A stretch of 64,000 nucleotides of DNA, taken from contig OZ024754.1 of assembly GCA_964016885.1 (NCBI GenBank), positions 35,898,001 to 35,962,000 of the forward strand. Direction: 5' to 3'. Made by a program: the position numbers and the translations under genes. The stretch is from Eledone cirrhosa (taxonomy: Eukaryota). Below are positions 1 through 14,828 of this stretch, piece by piece (within the stretch, counting starts at the first letter, position 1; each line of letters starts with the position of its first letter). The notes under the pieces are model-generated. The model had not been told where the DNA came from. It saw only the letters and a program-made list of their open reading frames with translations, and ran no database searches.

Positions 1-153
1 AAGAGAGAAAGAGAGAAAGAAAGATAGATAGAAAGAAAGAAAGAAAGAAAGAAAGAAGTAAATGTAACTAGGAGCGAAATGTAAAAAGGAGCGATTTGAG
101 AGAGAGAGGGGTGAAGATAGAGGGGAGAGATAGATAGATAGATAGAAACAAAG

Positions 154-184
<31 letters not shown>

Positions 185-272
185 ATGAGAAATTGTAAAC
201 ACACACTCACACACACACATATATGTGTGTGTGTGTGTGAGTGCTTTTGTTCAATTTTGACACTACAATGAC

Positions 273-321
<49 letters not shown>

Positions 322-328
322 TATTAAT

Positions 329-510
329 AATTGTTTCTACTTTAGGCACAAGGCCAGCAATTACCCAGTGCATTACTGGTACTTTATTTTATCGACCCCG
401 TAAGGATGAAAGGCAAAGTCAACCTCGGCGGGATTTGAACTCATATCGTAAGGGGACATAACTATGCTGGAAAGCATGGCGTCCGACCCTCTACCGATAC
501 TGCCAATCCA
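329..510 (-). mobile_element. SINE family A
   Basis: Reverse complement of 8951-9141. Confidence 0.88.
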
Positions 511-788
511 AAATAATGAGTTCAAAACTCAGGCAGTCCTTTACAATGAAATAACCCAAAGAAAGAAGTATTTCTGAGCCGTGTAATACAAGTTAATATA
601 AATTAATATATTTGATAAACACAAATACCAACATATCCGTGTTTGTATTGTAAATGACTAAGTTAGCTAGAATGAAAAATACTAATTATATTAATACAGT
701 TTGCCTGTCTCGATTTAAAATAACAAATCAATAAAAACACGGATATGTTGGTATTTGTGTTTATCAAATATATTAATTTATATTAACT

Positions 789-869
<81 letters not shown>

Positions 870-923
870 CGGATCTAGCTGTCGAAACGGCCGGAGCTCA
901 GCCACCTGGGTCCTGACTCTTTT

Positions 924-3250
<2,327 letters not shown>

Positions 3251-3253
3251 TTA

Positions 3254-3292
<39 letters not shown>

Positions 3293-3307
3293 TGTATGTA
3301 TGTATTG

Positions 3308-3640
3308 TCAGGTCGTTCTTCAGCACTACTGGTAACATGTACCCGAGTACAACTTGTGCATGATCGGGTTACAACTTGTGCATGATCGGGTCGTCGGTGA
3401 CTAAACCTGCAACCCCACAAAGCTAGTTTGGTGAGGTGGGTGATTTTGGACCCCCAGCAGGCTGAAAAACAAAACCCGTCAAAGGCCAGTCAACGGCCAT
3501 CCAATAAAGTATATATTTTATTTTCTGGCACGAGTGACTCCTAGTCTTCATTAAGACATCTCTCTAGGACAAAGTCACTCTGATATAAAACCTGCGACAT
3601 GGTTTACATCCAATGATGTAGACCAGTTATTTTGGGGGGG
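3308..3640 (+). mobile_element. Interspersed repeat with RTE 5'UTR-like motif
   Basis: Homologous in inverted orientation to 14420-14748; motif CTAGGA...ACTCTGA...AAACC; starts after (TATG)n. Confidence 0.55.
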
Positions 3641-3854
3641 TAAATGCATTCGATGTTCCGAGAGTTGGATTGGTCCCCTGCAAAGCCTTTCCTCACTTAA
3701 TGTACAGCTATCGCTTGATATGTGACATTTTTGCGATGTATGGCATTATTGGCCAAGGGCAAGTTCCTAGCAGGACTAAAAACACCATGTCCGTAATGCT
3801 CAAACTTAAGTATCAAACGGTGGCATTACACCAAATCAAGTTGCAGCCATCATA

Positions 3855-4122
3855 TACTCTTTTACTCTTTTACCTGTTTCAGCCATTGGGCTGAGGCCAT
3901 GCTGGGGCACCGCCCTTGTTGCTACACATTTTATCTCCAGCCTGTATAGGTTGGCCACTGGTGTAGGAGGGAGTTTGTTGCTGCTGCCCTTAGGTTTCCC
4001 TCGTGTCTTGCTGTGGGCTCATCCGGGATCCTGGATAACAAGGTGTCGAGATGTTTCTTAAAGACATCCACCTCCACGTCATGCAAGTCTCGCAGATGCC
4101 TCGGCAGCCTGTTGAAGAGTTG
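3855..4122 (-). mobile_element. 3' end of a CR1/L2-group LINE
   Basis: QLFNRLPRHLRDL...DVFKKHLDTLLSRIPDEP...RAAATNSL, then 3'UTR GGTGCCCCAGCATGGCC ending in GTAAAAGA repeats; similar tail at ~42090-42150. Confidence 0.75.
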
Positions 4123-4131
4123 TATATATAT

Positions 4132-4210
<79 letters not shown>

Positions 4211-4247
4211 ATATATAAGAACAAAAGATGGTTAAAAGAGTTCCATG

Positions 4248-4318
4248 TATTTTATTATGCGCATTTCAAAAACAAATATCATCATGCAATAATATTTGTG
4301 CTTTCATCAGATAAAATA
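4248..4318 (-). ncRNA. Type I hammerhead ribozyme motif, intact core
   Basis: UAUUUUAU-CUGAUGA-stem II-GAAA-UGCGCA-UA-AUAAAAUA: 8-bp stem I and palindromic stem III AUGCGCAU. Confidence 0.8.
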
Positions 4319-4425
4319 GGAAGACATATGTAGGTTAAAAAACACTTGTGGATAGTGCAGTTTTAAATCAACATATGTTGATTTAAATAATAAAATACAT
4401 GGAACTCTTTTAACTATCTTTTGAT

Positions 4426-4471
<46 letters not shown>

Positions 4472-4881
4472 AGAGTTAAACAAGATTCAATGAATACATC
4501 AAAGAATGAGTTTTACAATAGATTATTTTCCAGAGTTATTAATATTAATTCAAAATATTAACAAAATAGATATTCTTGTGATCAATTATATTTTATTATA
4601 CATATTTCAGGCTATAAATATTGAGTTTTGTCATAAGTTAATCACTACCTTGATTAAATCTTAACCATCTACCATGTCAAAGCATGGCGTCCGATCCTCT
4701 ACCGATACTGCCAATCCACCTTGGACACATCTATGTATATATCTGTGTTTATCTCTCTTATATTAAATTATATTATAGGGCTCGGAATTTTTTTTGCTTG
4801 AGCTATTTTAATTGTAAGGGAATATTCTGAGTTTCTAACTCAATTTATACTTTTGATATATATATATATATATATATATAT

Positions 4882-5073
4882 AACGAAGGAAATGTGGTAA
4901 GGAACCAGGTGGACCATAACGCACCAAAGTACTCAATACTTAGGGTTGTAGAGTGGGTAATAGGAACGAGTAGGACCCCGATGGCTGAGCTCAAGCCGTT
5001 TCGACAGCTAATTCTGGTCCAGAATTAGCCGTCGAAACGGCTTGAGCTCAGCCGTCGGGGTCCTACTCGTTCC
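4882..5073. mobile_element. (TA)n-embedded asymmetric palindromic element, AACGAAGG family; ~12 copies in the window
   Basis: Other copies at 867-925, 15918-16027, 19162-19356, 20721-20918, 22375-22569, 22609-22746, 35788-35890, 35988-36484, 40946-40994, 61987-62143 and 62199-62402; all abut (TA)n. Confidence 0.85.
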
Positions 5074-5418
5074 TATATATATATATATATATATATATAT
5101 GTAGATAAATCTACCAAAAGTTTACGGTAGTGTCCAATCCGTATGAAGAACTCAATGTAATCCGGATATCATGAAAAGAGAAGATGCATTCAAAAACTAC
5201 TTTCGGTGAAAAATAAACGGAAAACAGAGTCAAGATAAATTAATAAAATAATGTAATTAATTAATAATATAATTTATACAAACTGTTTGTATAAATATTG
5301 TACATAGATCTATAGAATATGCATACCAACTCTAACACATATATCCTAGAAACGATCGTAAAATGATGAATTTTTTTAATATAAGGAACTGTTTCTTTGT
5401 TTATTCATTATTTTATTA

Positions 5419-5469
<51 letters not shown>

Positions 5470-5949
5470 TTACTTGTTAACGGATTACACTGAGTTCTAA
5501 CTACGGTATAGACCCTACCACGAAAGGTAGACCACATTGTGTATATATATATACATAACCCTACATATATGTATATCTTTATACAGTTTTATGTATATGT
5601 GTGAATTGCAATGCACACAATACGTAAAACATAGCTAATACAATCATATAGAAACATTCGTATTTATCTTAGAATATTTGAATTAAACGAAAGAATAAAA
5701 AAACAACAAAGAAAAATCAAAGAAGCAAATAAACAAATCAGGAGCAGCCGAATAAATTAAATAAATAAACAAATAAATAAAGAAAGAAAGAAATAAAGAA
5801 TGAAAGAGAAAGAATTACGAAGAATTTTATGAGTGAATGAAAATGCTAATCAATGGTGTAAAGGAAAAAATATATATTTAGTGGTGCAAAGGTCTTAGAG
5901 ATAAATTATTGTTGGAGGGAATCCTACAAGATGACGATGGTAATACAAC

Positions 5950-6913
5950 ATGATGTCGGTGGAGGTGGTGGCGGTGTTGGTGGTGGTGGTAGTGGTAGTG
6001 ATGGTGGTGGAGGTGGTGGTGGTGTTGGTGGTGGTGGTGGTGATGGTGGTGGTGGTAGTGTTGGTGGTGGTGGTAGTGTTGTTGTTGTTGTTGTTGTTGT
6101 TGTTGGTGGTGATGGTGGTAGTGGTAGTGATGGTGGTGGCGGTGTTGGTGGTGGTGGTGGTGGTAGTGATGGTGATGGTGGTAGTGGTAGTGATGGTGGT
6201 GGAGGTGGTGGTGGTGTTGGTGGTGGTGGTGGTGATGGTGGTGGTGGTAGTGTTGGTGGTGGTGGTAGTGTTGTTGTTGTTGTTGTTGTTGTTGGTGGTG
6301 ATGGTGGTAGTGGTAGTGATGGTGGTGGCGGTGTTGGTGGTGGTGGTGGTGGTAGTGATGGTGATGGTGGTAGTGGTAGTGATGGTGGTGGAGGTGGTGG
6401 TGGTGTTGGTGGTGGTGGTGGTGATGGTGGTGGTGGTAGTGTTGGTGGTGGTGGTAGTGTTGTTGTTGTTGTTGTTGTTGTTGTTGGTGGTGATGGTGAT
6501 AGTGGTAGTGATGGTGGTGGCGGTGTTGGTGGTGGTGGTGGTGGTAGTGATGGTGATGGTGGTAGTGGTAGAGGTGGTGGAGGTGGTGGTGGTGGTGATG
6601 GTGGTGGAGGTGGTGGTGGTGTTGGTGGTGGTGGTGGTGGTGGTAGTGATGGTGGTAGTGGTAGAGGTGGTGGAGGTGGTAATAGAACATGATGTCGGTG
6701 GAGGTGGTGGCGGTGTTGGTGGTGGTGGTGGTGGTGGTGATGGTGATGGTGGTAGTGGTAGAGGTGGTGGAGATGGTGGTGGTAGTGATGGTGGAGGTGG
6801 TAGTGGTAGAGGTGGTGGAGGTGGTGGTGGTGGTGGTGGTGGTGGTGATGGTGGTGGTGGTAGTGTTCTTGTTGTTGTTGTTGGTGGTGGTGGTGGTAGT
6901 AGTTATGGTGTTG

Positions 6914-6945
<32 letters not shown>

Positions 6946-7118
6946 GGTGTTGGTGGTGGTGGTGGTGGTGGTGGTAGTGATGGTGATGGTGGTAGTGGTA
7001 GAGGTGGTGGAGATGGTGGTGGTAGTGATGGTGGTGGAGGTGGTGGTGGTGTCGGTGGTGGTGGTGGTGATGGTGGTGGTGGTAGTGTTGTTGTTGTTGT
7101 TGTTGGTGGTGGTGGTAG

Positions 7119-7164
<46 letters not shown>

Positions 7165-7378
7165 AGTGGTGGTAGTGTTGTTGTTGTTGTTGTTGGTGGT
7201 GGTGTTGGTGGCAGTGTTGTTGGTGGTGGTGACGGTGGTAGTGTTGTTGTTGTTGGTGGTGGTGGTGGTGTTGGTGGCAGTGTTGTTGTTGGTGGTGGTG
7301 GCGGTGGTAGTGTTGTTGTTGTCGTTGTTGTTGTTGTTGGTGGTGGTGGTGGTGGTGGCGGCGGTGGTGGTAGTATTG

Positions 7379-7410
<32 letters not shown>

Positions 7411-7541
7411 GGTGGTAGTAGTGTTGTTGTTGCTGTTGGTGGTGGTGGTGTTGGTGGCAGTGTTGTTGGTGGTGGTGGCGGTGGTAGTGTTGTTGTTGTT
7501 GTTGTTGGTGGTGGTGGTCGTGGTGGTGGTGGTGGTGGTAG

Positions 7542-7587
<46 letters not shown>

Positions 7588-7650
7588 GGTAGTAGTGGTG
7601 GCGTTGGAGGTGGTGGTTGTGGTTTTGTTGTTGTTGTTGGTGGTGATGGC
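5950..7650. repeat. (GGT)/(GTT) compound microsatellite with higher-order repeats
   Basis: Direct reading; ACATGATGTCGGTGGAGG recurs at ~5948 and ~6687. Confidence 0.95.
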
Positions 7651-8728
7651 TGAACAAGGAGGCTACATTTCTTTTGACCAGAACCTCGGAAGATGGTCCC
7701 TGCACCAAGCTTGTGTGACATTTGCTATATGGGAGGTGACTCCATCCTGTTGGAAAGACTACATATAACCATTGAAAAACGATTAGTTGCAGAAGGAATC
7801 ATAGTTTCCTGCATACTGATTATGTAAGATTTGGAGCTGATTTTTCTCCCTTCTTCCACAAAAATGAGAGTAGATTTCCAAGGTGATGAAACAGACCATA
7901 ACAGAGGCTTGTTTCTCTGTATGGAATACAGATGTTTGGTCAACATTGATCTCTGATAGTTTTATTCCAATGACTCGTTAATTTCTTCGGTTGTGTGTCG
8001 GCTCAACATTGAAGATCTTTTCATCCGACCCGACAATTTAATCCATCATACCACGTTTCATTTCTTTAAGCAAATTTTTGCTTGTTTCTAGCCCTTTTTT
8101 CTTTTGTCTTTTCAGAAAAAGGTTTGTCTCTTCTGAAGGGTGAGGGAAGACATTCCCAAGTCATCATCGATGATTCTTCTCATTGTCCTAGGGCTTACTC
8201 GGACCTCTTTTGTCATTTTTCTCATGGACCATTTCAGATTTCTTCTTATCCCTTTTTCAAACAGTTTTAATGAGATCCGTTTAGTCCGTGGTGTTCCACT
8301 TCTGGCTGTATCCGACAAATCTTACTCCTTTTTCACAGCTTTGGGAGGCTCACGTTACCAATAACAACACACTAACTACCTGAGTTTCACTTCAGTTTTA
8401 TTATTAGTTATGTAACTAGGGCGGTGGATTGGCAGTATCGGTAGAGGGGCGGACGCCATGCGTTTGCAGCATAAAGTTACGGCGCTTTACGATCTGAGTT
8501 CAAATTCCGCCGAGGTTAACTTTGCCTTTCATCCTTACGGGGTCAATAAAATAAAGTACCAGTCACGCAGTGGTGTCGATTTAATCGACTTTCCCTTCCC
8601 CAAAATTGCTAGCCTTGTGCCTATATAAGAAACAATTATTAGTTAGGTAACTAATCGATTCCTCTGTTAGTTTATTACCAATACAATTGAAATAGAAGGC
8701 TTCATCGTAACGTTTTGGCTAAATAAGA
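7651..8728 (-). mobile_element. Decayed Tc1/mariner-superfamily transposon, maT (DD37D)-like
   Basis: Fragments RSGTPRT...SMRKMTKEVRVSPRTMRRII, SDEKIFNVE and FQQDGVTSHIANVTQAWC...KEM*PP; candidate terminal repeat 8685-8728 recurs inverted at ~9151-9192. Confidence 0.82.
8419..8640 (+). mobile_element. SINE family A inserted in the maT relic
   Basis: Same consensus; TSD ATTAGTTA(T/G)GTAACTA. Confidence 0.9.
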
Positions 8729-8737
8729 TAATCAAAT

Positions 8738-8870
8738 AATTGTTTCTATTTTTGGCACAAGGCCAGCAATTATCCCAGTGTATTACTGGTACTTTATTTT
8801 ATCGACCCCGTAAGGATGAAAGACAAAGTTAGCCTCGGCGGGATTTGAACTCAGACCATAAAGGGCCGTA
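8738..8870 (-). mobile_element. SINE family A, 5'-truncated
   Basis: Matches the consensus from the B box to the tail. Confidence 0.85.
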
Positions 8871-8950
8871 ATCTAATAATGGGGCCTACACACCTACTTA
8901 ACCCATCTTTTCCCGTTCAGTGGGTTTATACGCCTTGTTATTAGCTTACA

Positions 8951-9141
8951 AGGGCGGTGGATTGGCAGTATCGGTAGAGGGTCGGACGCCATGCTTTCCA
9001 GCATAGTTACGTCCCTTTACGATCTGAGTTCAAATCCCGCCGAGGTTGACTTTGCCTTTCATCCTTACGGGGTCGCTAAAATAAAGTACCAGTAATGCAC
9101 TGGGTAATTGCTGGCCTTGTGCCTAAAGTAGAAACAGTTAT
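8951..9141 (+). mobile_element. tRNA-derived SINE family A, reference copy
   Basis: A box TGGCAGTATCGGT, B box GAGTTCAAATCCC, central GCCTTTCATCCTTACGGGGTCG, and TSD TTATTAGCTTAC on both sides. Confidence 0.9.
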
Positions 9142-9460
9142 TAGCTTACTTTATTTAGTCAAAAAGTTACGGCGAAGCCTTCTATTTCAATTTTCAACCT
9201 TCGCTCGCCGCTTCCAAATATATTTCCTTAATTGTCAATGTTTTTCGTTACTTAACCTGTGACATTTCCAATAACTATTCTTGCTCCTCTTTGTTTAGAT
9301 TTTGTTCCACCTTATCTTCCTGTGCTGTATATGTGGTCTGTGCATATATGTGTGTTTGTGTCTGTGCTTGTATATGTGTTTTTGTGTCTTGTATCTCCTC
9401 AAGGTTTGTGTTTGTGTGTGTGTATGTGTGTCAGTGTGTGTGTGTGTGTATTCTCCTTTT

Positions 9461-9539
<79 letters not shown>

Positions 9540-9713
9540 GTATATATATATATATACATATATACATACATACATATATATGTATATTGTATACATATAT
9601 ATTGTATATATATATATATATATGTATATTATATACATATATATTGTATATATATGTATATATGATATATATATATATATATGTGTATATATATATATAT
9701 ATGTGTGTATATA

Positions 9714-9830
<117 letters not shown>

Positions 9831-10593
9831 TATATAAACATGCCTACTCTTTTCTACTTCCTCTGATACTTCCCAACTATTATTTATAGCTATCTGGATT
9901 GTGGCGGCTTCTCCCCAAAAGATAACATATTTTGAAACATGACCCCCCCCCCCACACACACACACAACAACAACAACAACAACAACAAACGACATAGTTG
10001 ATGTCTATCATATATTATTTCACGTTGTGAAATTATATTTAATGCTGTCACCATATAAATGAGCTTCAAAAACACATTTTAGCCTCGCAGCAAAATGGCG
10101 ACACTGGAGCTATAACCACAAATTATTTGGCTTAGTCGTAACTGACAACTCCACAATATCAGGATTTCGTCAATTTTCCACCATTCCCCACCCTTACTTA
10201 TCTTTTTTAATCTTTCAACCATTTTGTTTTGTTTGGTTTGTTTGGTTTGTTTGTTTTCTTCTTCTTCTTCTTCTTCTTCTTCTTCTTCTTCTTCTTCTTC
10301 TTCTTTGCCTTCTTCTTCTTTTTCTCCCCCCCCCCCTCCTCATTATCCCCACCCCACCCCCTACCCCACGCCTCCTCCTCATTTAAGCTGCATTTAACCA
10401 ACAATTCATCTGGAGTCATTCATATTTGGTGTTCAAATCTCACTTTGCTTTTCATCTCCACCCCAGCGGGGCCCGGAAATATGTGGCAGACTATATATTG
10501 TTGTATGGTCGATCATTCACAAATGCTCCCCCCACCACACCCCACGGATTTGCGGCCTTCATTGTTGTTGTTGTTATTGCTGTTATTATTATC

Positions 10594-11087
10594 AGGGCGG
10601 TGGATTGGCAGTATCGGTAGAGGGTCGCACGCCATACTTTGTTGCATAGAGTTACACCCCTTTACGGTCTGAGTTCAAATCCCGCCGAGGTTAACTTTGC
10701 CTTTCATCCTTACGGGGTCGATAAAATAAAGTACCAGTAATGTACTGGGATAATTGCCGGCCTTGTGCCAAAAGTCGAAACATTATTATTATTATTGTAA
10801 TTGTTATTAAACATCCACCGCCATCTTGTAACTTTTCTTTGTAATGTCTCCTTCATCCCAGGCCCTTGTGGCAAATAAAATATAATAATAATAATAATAA
10901 TAATTGTTTCTACTTTTGGAACAAGGCCAGCAATTATCCCAGTGCATTACTGGTACTTTATTTTATCGACCCCGTAAGGATGAAAGGCAAAGGTAACCTC
11001 GGCGGGATTTGAACTCAGAACATAAAGGGTCATAACTCCTAAGCTGCAAAGCATGGTGTCAGACGTTCTACCGAAACTACCAATCCA
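10594..11087. mobile_element. Two SINE A copies tail-to-tail (10594-10785 +, 10901-11087 -)
   Basis: Both match the consensus. Confidence 0.88.
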
Positions 11088-11094
11088 TAATAAT

Positions 11095-12230
11095 TTCTTT
11101 ATTGGCCACAAGAGCCTACATATAGGGGACAATACAAAAGACACTGACAGTGGGGGTTTACATATAAAACGTGTAAAAAATATGAATAAAAATAACAAAA
11201 TAACAATAAAAATACAACAGTGACAATACCCCAATGGGGAGGGGGGGATAACCACCCAGGGTCGACTAAAGTACCACACAAATCCTGAATGACCCGACGC
11301 TTCGAGGGTACCCGAGAAGGGCACCCCTCTCATCCTCAAATTAACCAGCCTACAGCCTACGCTCAATGTAGGCTCATTCGCACGGGCCATTCTCTCCACA
11401 TTCACCCACCTTTTAGCAAATGTACTGGGGATTGCTGCAGTACTCTCTCCACCCTCACCTTCCTTTCCAGGTGAAACTTGAAAAAGTTGAAGAGGGATTG
11501 ACCGAAGAGAAAAGTGTCTGTCTTCTGTCCTTTAGTCCTTTCAACCTGGTCCACCACACGACCTCTTTTGCTGCCGTCACGAGACAGAGTAAAACTGCCT
11601 GTCCTCCTCGGCCAAAAGGTGACGGGGTGATCTTCACTATGGACTCGGTCGATAGACGGATCCGTCCTATACGCGACAACAACTGTTTGACATAACTCCA
11701 TAAGTCATTAATGCACGGTTTCGTAGCTCTGCGCTAATCTCGGGCAGTTCCGTCTGACAGCACTTCCGTGACTGTAGAGTATATCTCGAACCGGCAGTGC
11801 CTCCCGCGAGGGATTTCTGGAAGTTATCCATACTCCCCGACTCGAAAGTCCTCTGGAACAGACTGGTTTGTTCGACTTCGTCGATGACCAGAGCCTCTCG
11901 GAGTGCGTCGTCGCACTTACCCACCACTAATCCTCTATAGAACTCTAGAGTGGAAGTTCCACTGACCGCATTTCCCGCCTGGTAGAGGGCAGTGAGTGCC
12001 TGACAACATTCCAGATGCCAGGCGCTCGACGTTTAAGCCACTGTCACATTAAAGTTCAAATATTTGTGACAAAGGCCTAAATATTAAGAGAAGTCCCTCC
12101 TTCAGGTCAAAGACAGGTACCTTATGTTCCCCTTGAAACAAAACTATTTTAACAATTTTCGGTTTAAACAACATAAAGTAATAAACTTACTGGAGCTCAC
12201 AATAACACGTCTTATTTCAAACAACAAATA
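11095..12230 (-). mobile_element. Internally deleted Tx1-type element: ORF2 3' end and 3'UTR joined to a ~200-bp head
   Basis: SMDNFQKSLA, KEVVWWTRLKGL and ERMARANEP match ORF2; 12030-12230 is homologous to 57826-58120; TAA repeats at both ends. Confidence 0.85.
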
Positions 12231-12237
12231 TAATAAT

Positions 12238-12428
12238 AATTGTTTCTAGTATAGGCACAAGACCAGCAATCGACCCCAGTGCGTTACTGGTACTTTATTT
12301 TATCGACCCCATAAGGATGAAAGGCAAAGTTAAACTCGGCGGGATTTGAATTTGAACTCAGAACGTAAAGGGCCATAGCTATGCTGCAAAGCATGGCGTC
12401 TGACGCTCTATCGATACTGCCAAACCAA
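12238..12428 (-). mobile_element. SINE family A
   Basis: Matches the consensus. Confidence 0.87.
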
Positions 12429-13104
12429 TAATTCTTCTTCTTCTTCTTTGCCTTCTTCTTCTTCTTCTTCTTCTTCTTTGTCTTCTTCTTCTTCTTCTTC
12501 TTCTTCTTCTTCTTCTTCTTCTTCTTCTTCTTCTTCTTCTTCTTCTTCTTCTTCTTCTTCTTCTTCTGTATTTGTATTGTCTCCAATGTCTTAGGCCCTT
12601 GTGGCTAATAAAAGAACTAATTATTATTGTTGTTATTATTATTGTTGTTGTTATTATTGTTGTTGTTATTATTGTTGTTGTTGTTGTTGTTGTTGTTGCT
12701 GTATATGTCTCTCCTCCTATTACTGTCCCTTCTATTGTAAAGTCGTTTTATCTGTCTGTCTGTCTGTCTGTCTGTCTGTTTCTAGCGCAGTCCTTGTTGA
12801 CCCCGCGGCTTTTCCTTTGCATCTTCCTGATTAATTGGTGATGGCCACCACGCTGGAAACACTGTCATCGTCTTTTCTGTTTTTCTGCTTTCTCTTTCAT
12901 GTCAAACTCTCCACCCCCCTCAACAATTTCCTCCTCCTCCCCTTCCATGCCACACCTCTCCCTCTCCCCTCCTACACTACACTATACCCCTTGCTCATCA
13001 TTATCACTACCTACCAGCAGCACTGCCACTACCGCATCATTCACCATCGCTATCACCATCCCCACCATCTGTGTCGTTATTACAGCTATCACCAGCATCA
13101 CCAC

Positions 13105-13173
<69 letters not shown>

Positions 13174-14009
13174 TATCAGCACCACCACCACCATCATCAC
13201 TATTAGCAATGCCATTACAACCTGCATCACCATAACCATCACCAACATAACCACCACCACCACCAACACCAGTTCAACACACCACCACCAACAACACAAC
13301 CACCAACGACAATACAACCAACACCAACACAACCACCACCAATACAACCACAAGCCACACAACGCCAACACCAACACCACCAACACAACCACCACCAATA
13401 CAAGCACAAGCCACACAACGCCAACACCAACACCACCAACACAACCACCACCAACACCGACATCCAACACCACCAACACAACCACCACCAACACAACCAC
13501 AAGCCACACAACGCCAACACCAACACCACCAACACAACCACCACCAACACAACCACAAGCCACACAACGCCAACACCAACACCACCAACACAACCACCAC
13601 CAATACAACCACAAGCCACACAACGCCAACACCAACACCACCAACACAACCACCACCAACACCGACATCCAACACCACCAACACAACCACCACCAACACA
13701 ACCACAAGCCACACAACGCCAACACCAACACCACCAACACAACCACCACCAACACAACCACAAGCCACACAACGCCAACACCAACACCACCAACACAACC
13801 ACCACCAACACCGACATCCAACACCACAACCACCACCAACACCAGCACAGCCACCACCAACACAACCACCAACGCAACTACAACCACCACCAACACCACC
13901 ACCACCAACAACAACACTACATCGAAATTGTCCATCACGCCGTAATTATCATCATCATCATCAACGAAATTATCACCATCATCATCACCATCAGCACCAT
14001 CAGCACCAC

Positions 14010-14065
<56 letters not shown>

Positions 14066-14419
14066 GCATCATCAGCAGCATCATCATCTCTGACCACTTT
14101 TTCCGTCTCCAATTCAGGAATTGCGGTAAATTTCCTGTACAAAAGGAAATAAATTTCAAATTTGTTTCATACATACATACATACATACATACATACATAC
14201 ATACATACATACATACATACATACATACACACATGATGGCTGCAAACTCTGCTAAGAGTACTGCAATTGCTTAGAGGATTACAGAATTTGGGGCACTTTT
14301 AGGCTACGGCCAGTCACAGGAATCGGTAAAATATCCTGAATAAGCAATGCCTGCGCTTTGAAGGTTTTTTTTAAGTTGGGAAAGGCCTTGCACTCGACCA
14401 ATTCCACTCTCTGAGAATC

Positions 14420-14748
14420 GAAAACACTACCCGAAAAGGAGAACTGGTCAACATCATTGGATGCTTCCGAAGCCGCAGGTTTTTTTTTCAGAGTTTCCCT
14501 CTCCTAGAAAGGTGTTGTGACAACAACTGGGGGCCTTTCACTCCCAGATGAGAAAAAAACAAACTACTATTTGGATGGCCGGTGACTCCATCCTTTGCCG
14601 GGTCTTGTATTTCATCTCGCAGGGTGTCCAAATATCACCCTCCTCACCAAGCAAGCTTGGTGGGGTTGCCGGTTTAGTCGCTGACAACCCGACCATGAGG
14701 CAGATTGTACTGGGTTACATGTTACCAGTATCACTCGAGACGACCTCA
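14420..14748 (-). mobile_element. Second copy of the RTE 5'UTR-like repeat
   Basis: Minus strand CTAGGAGAGGGAAACTCTGAAAAAAAAACC; abuts (TACA)n. Confidence 0.55.
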
Positions 14749-14794
14749 CATACATACATACATACATACATACATACATACATACATACATACA

Positions 14795-14828
<34 letters not shown>

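Noticed and set aside
5878-7768. His/Gln/Pro/Gly-rich ORFs up to 594 aa (also 12899-14142, 23735-26310, 53437-55667)
   Set aside because: Trinucleotide repeats open in most frames on both strands, with no domain or preferred frame; a low-complexity exon cannot be fully excluded without RNA data.
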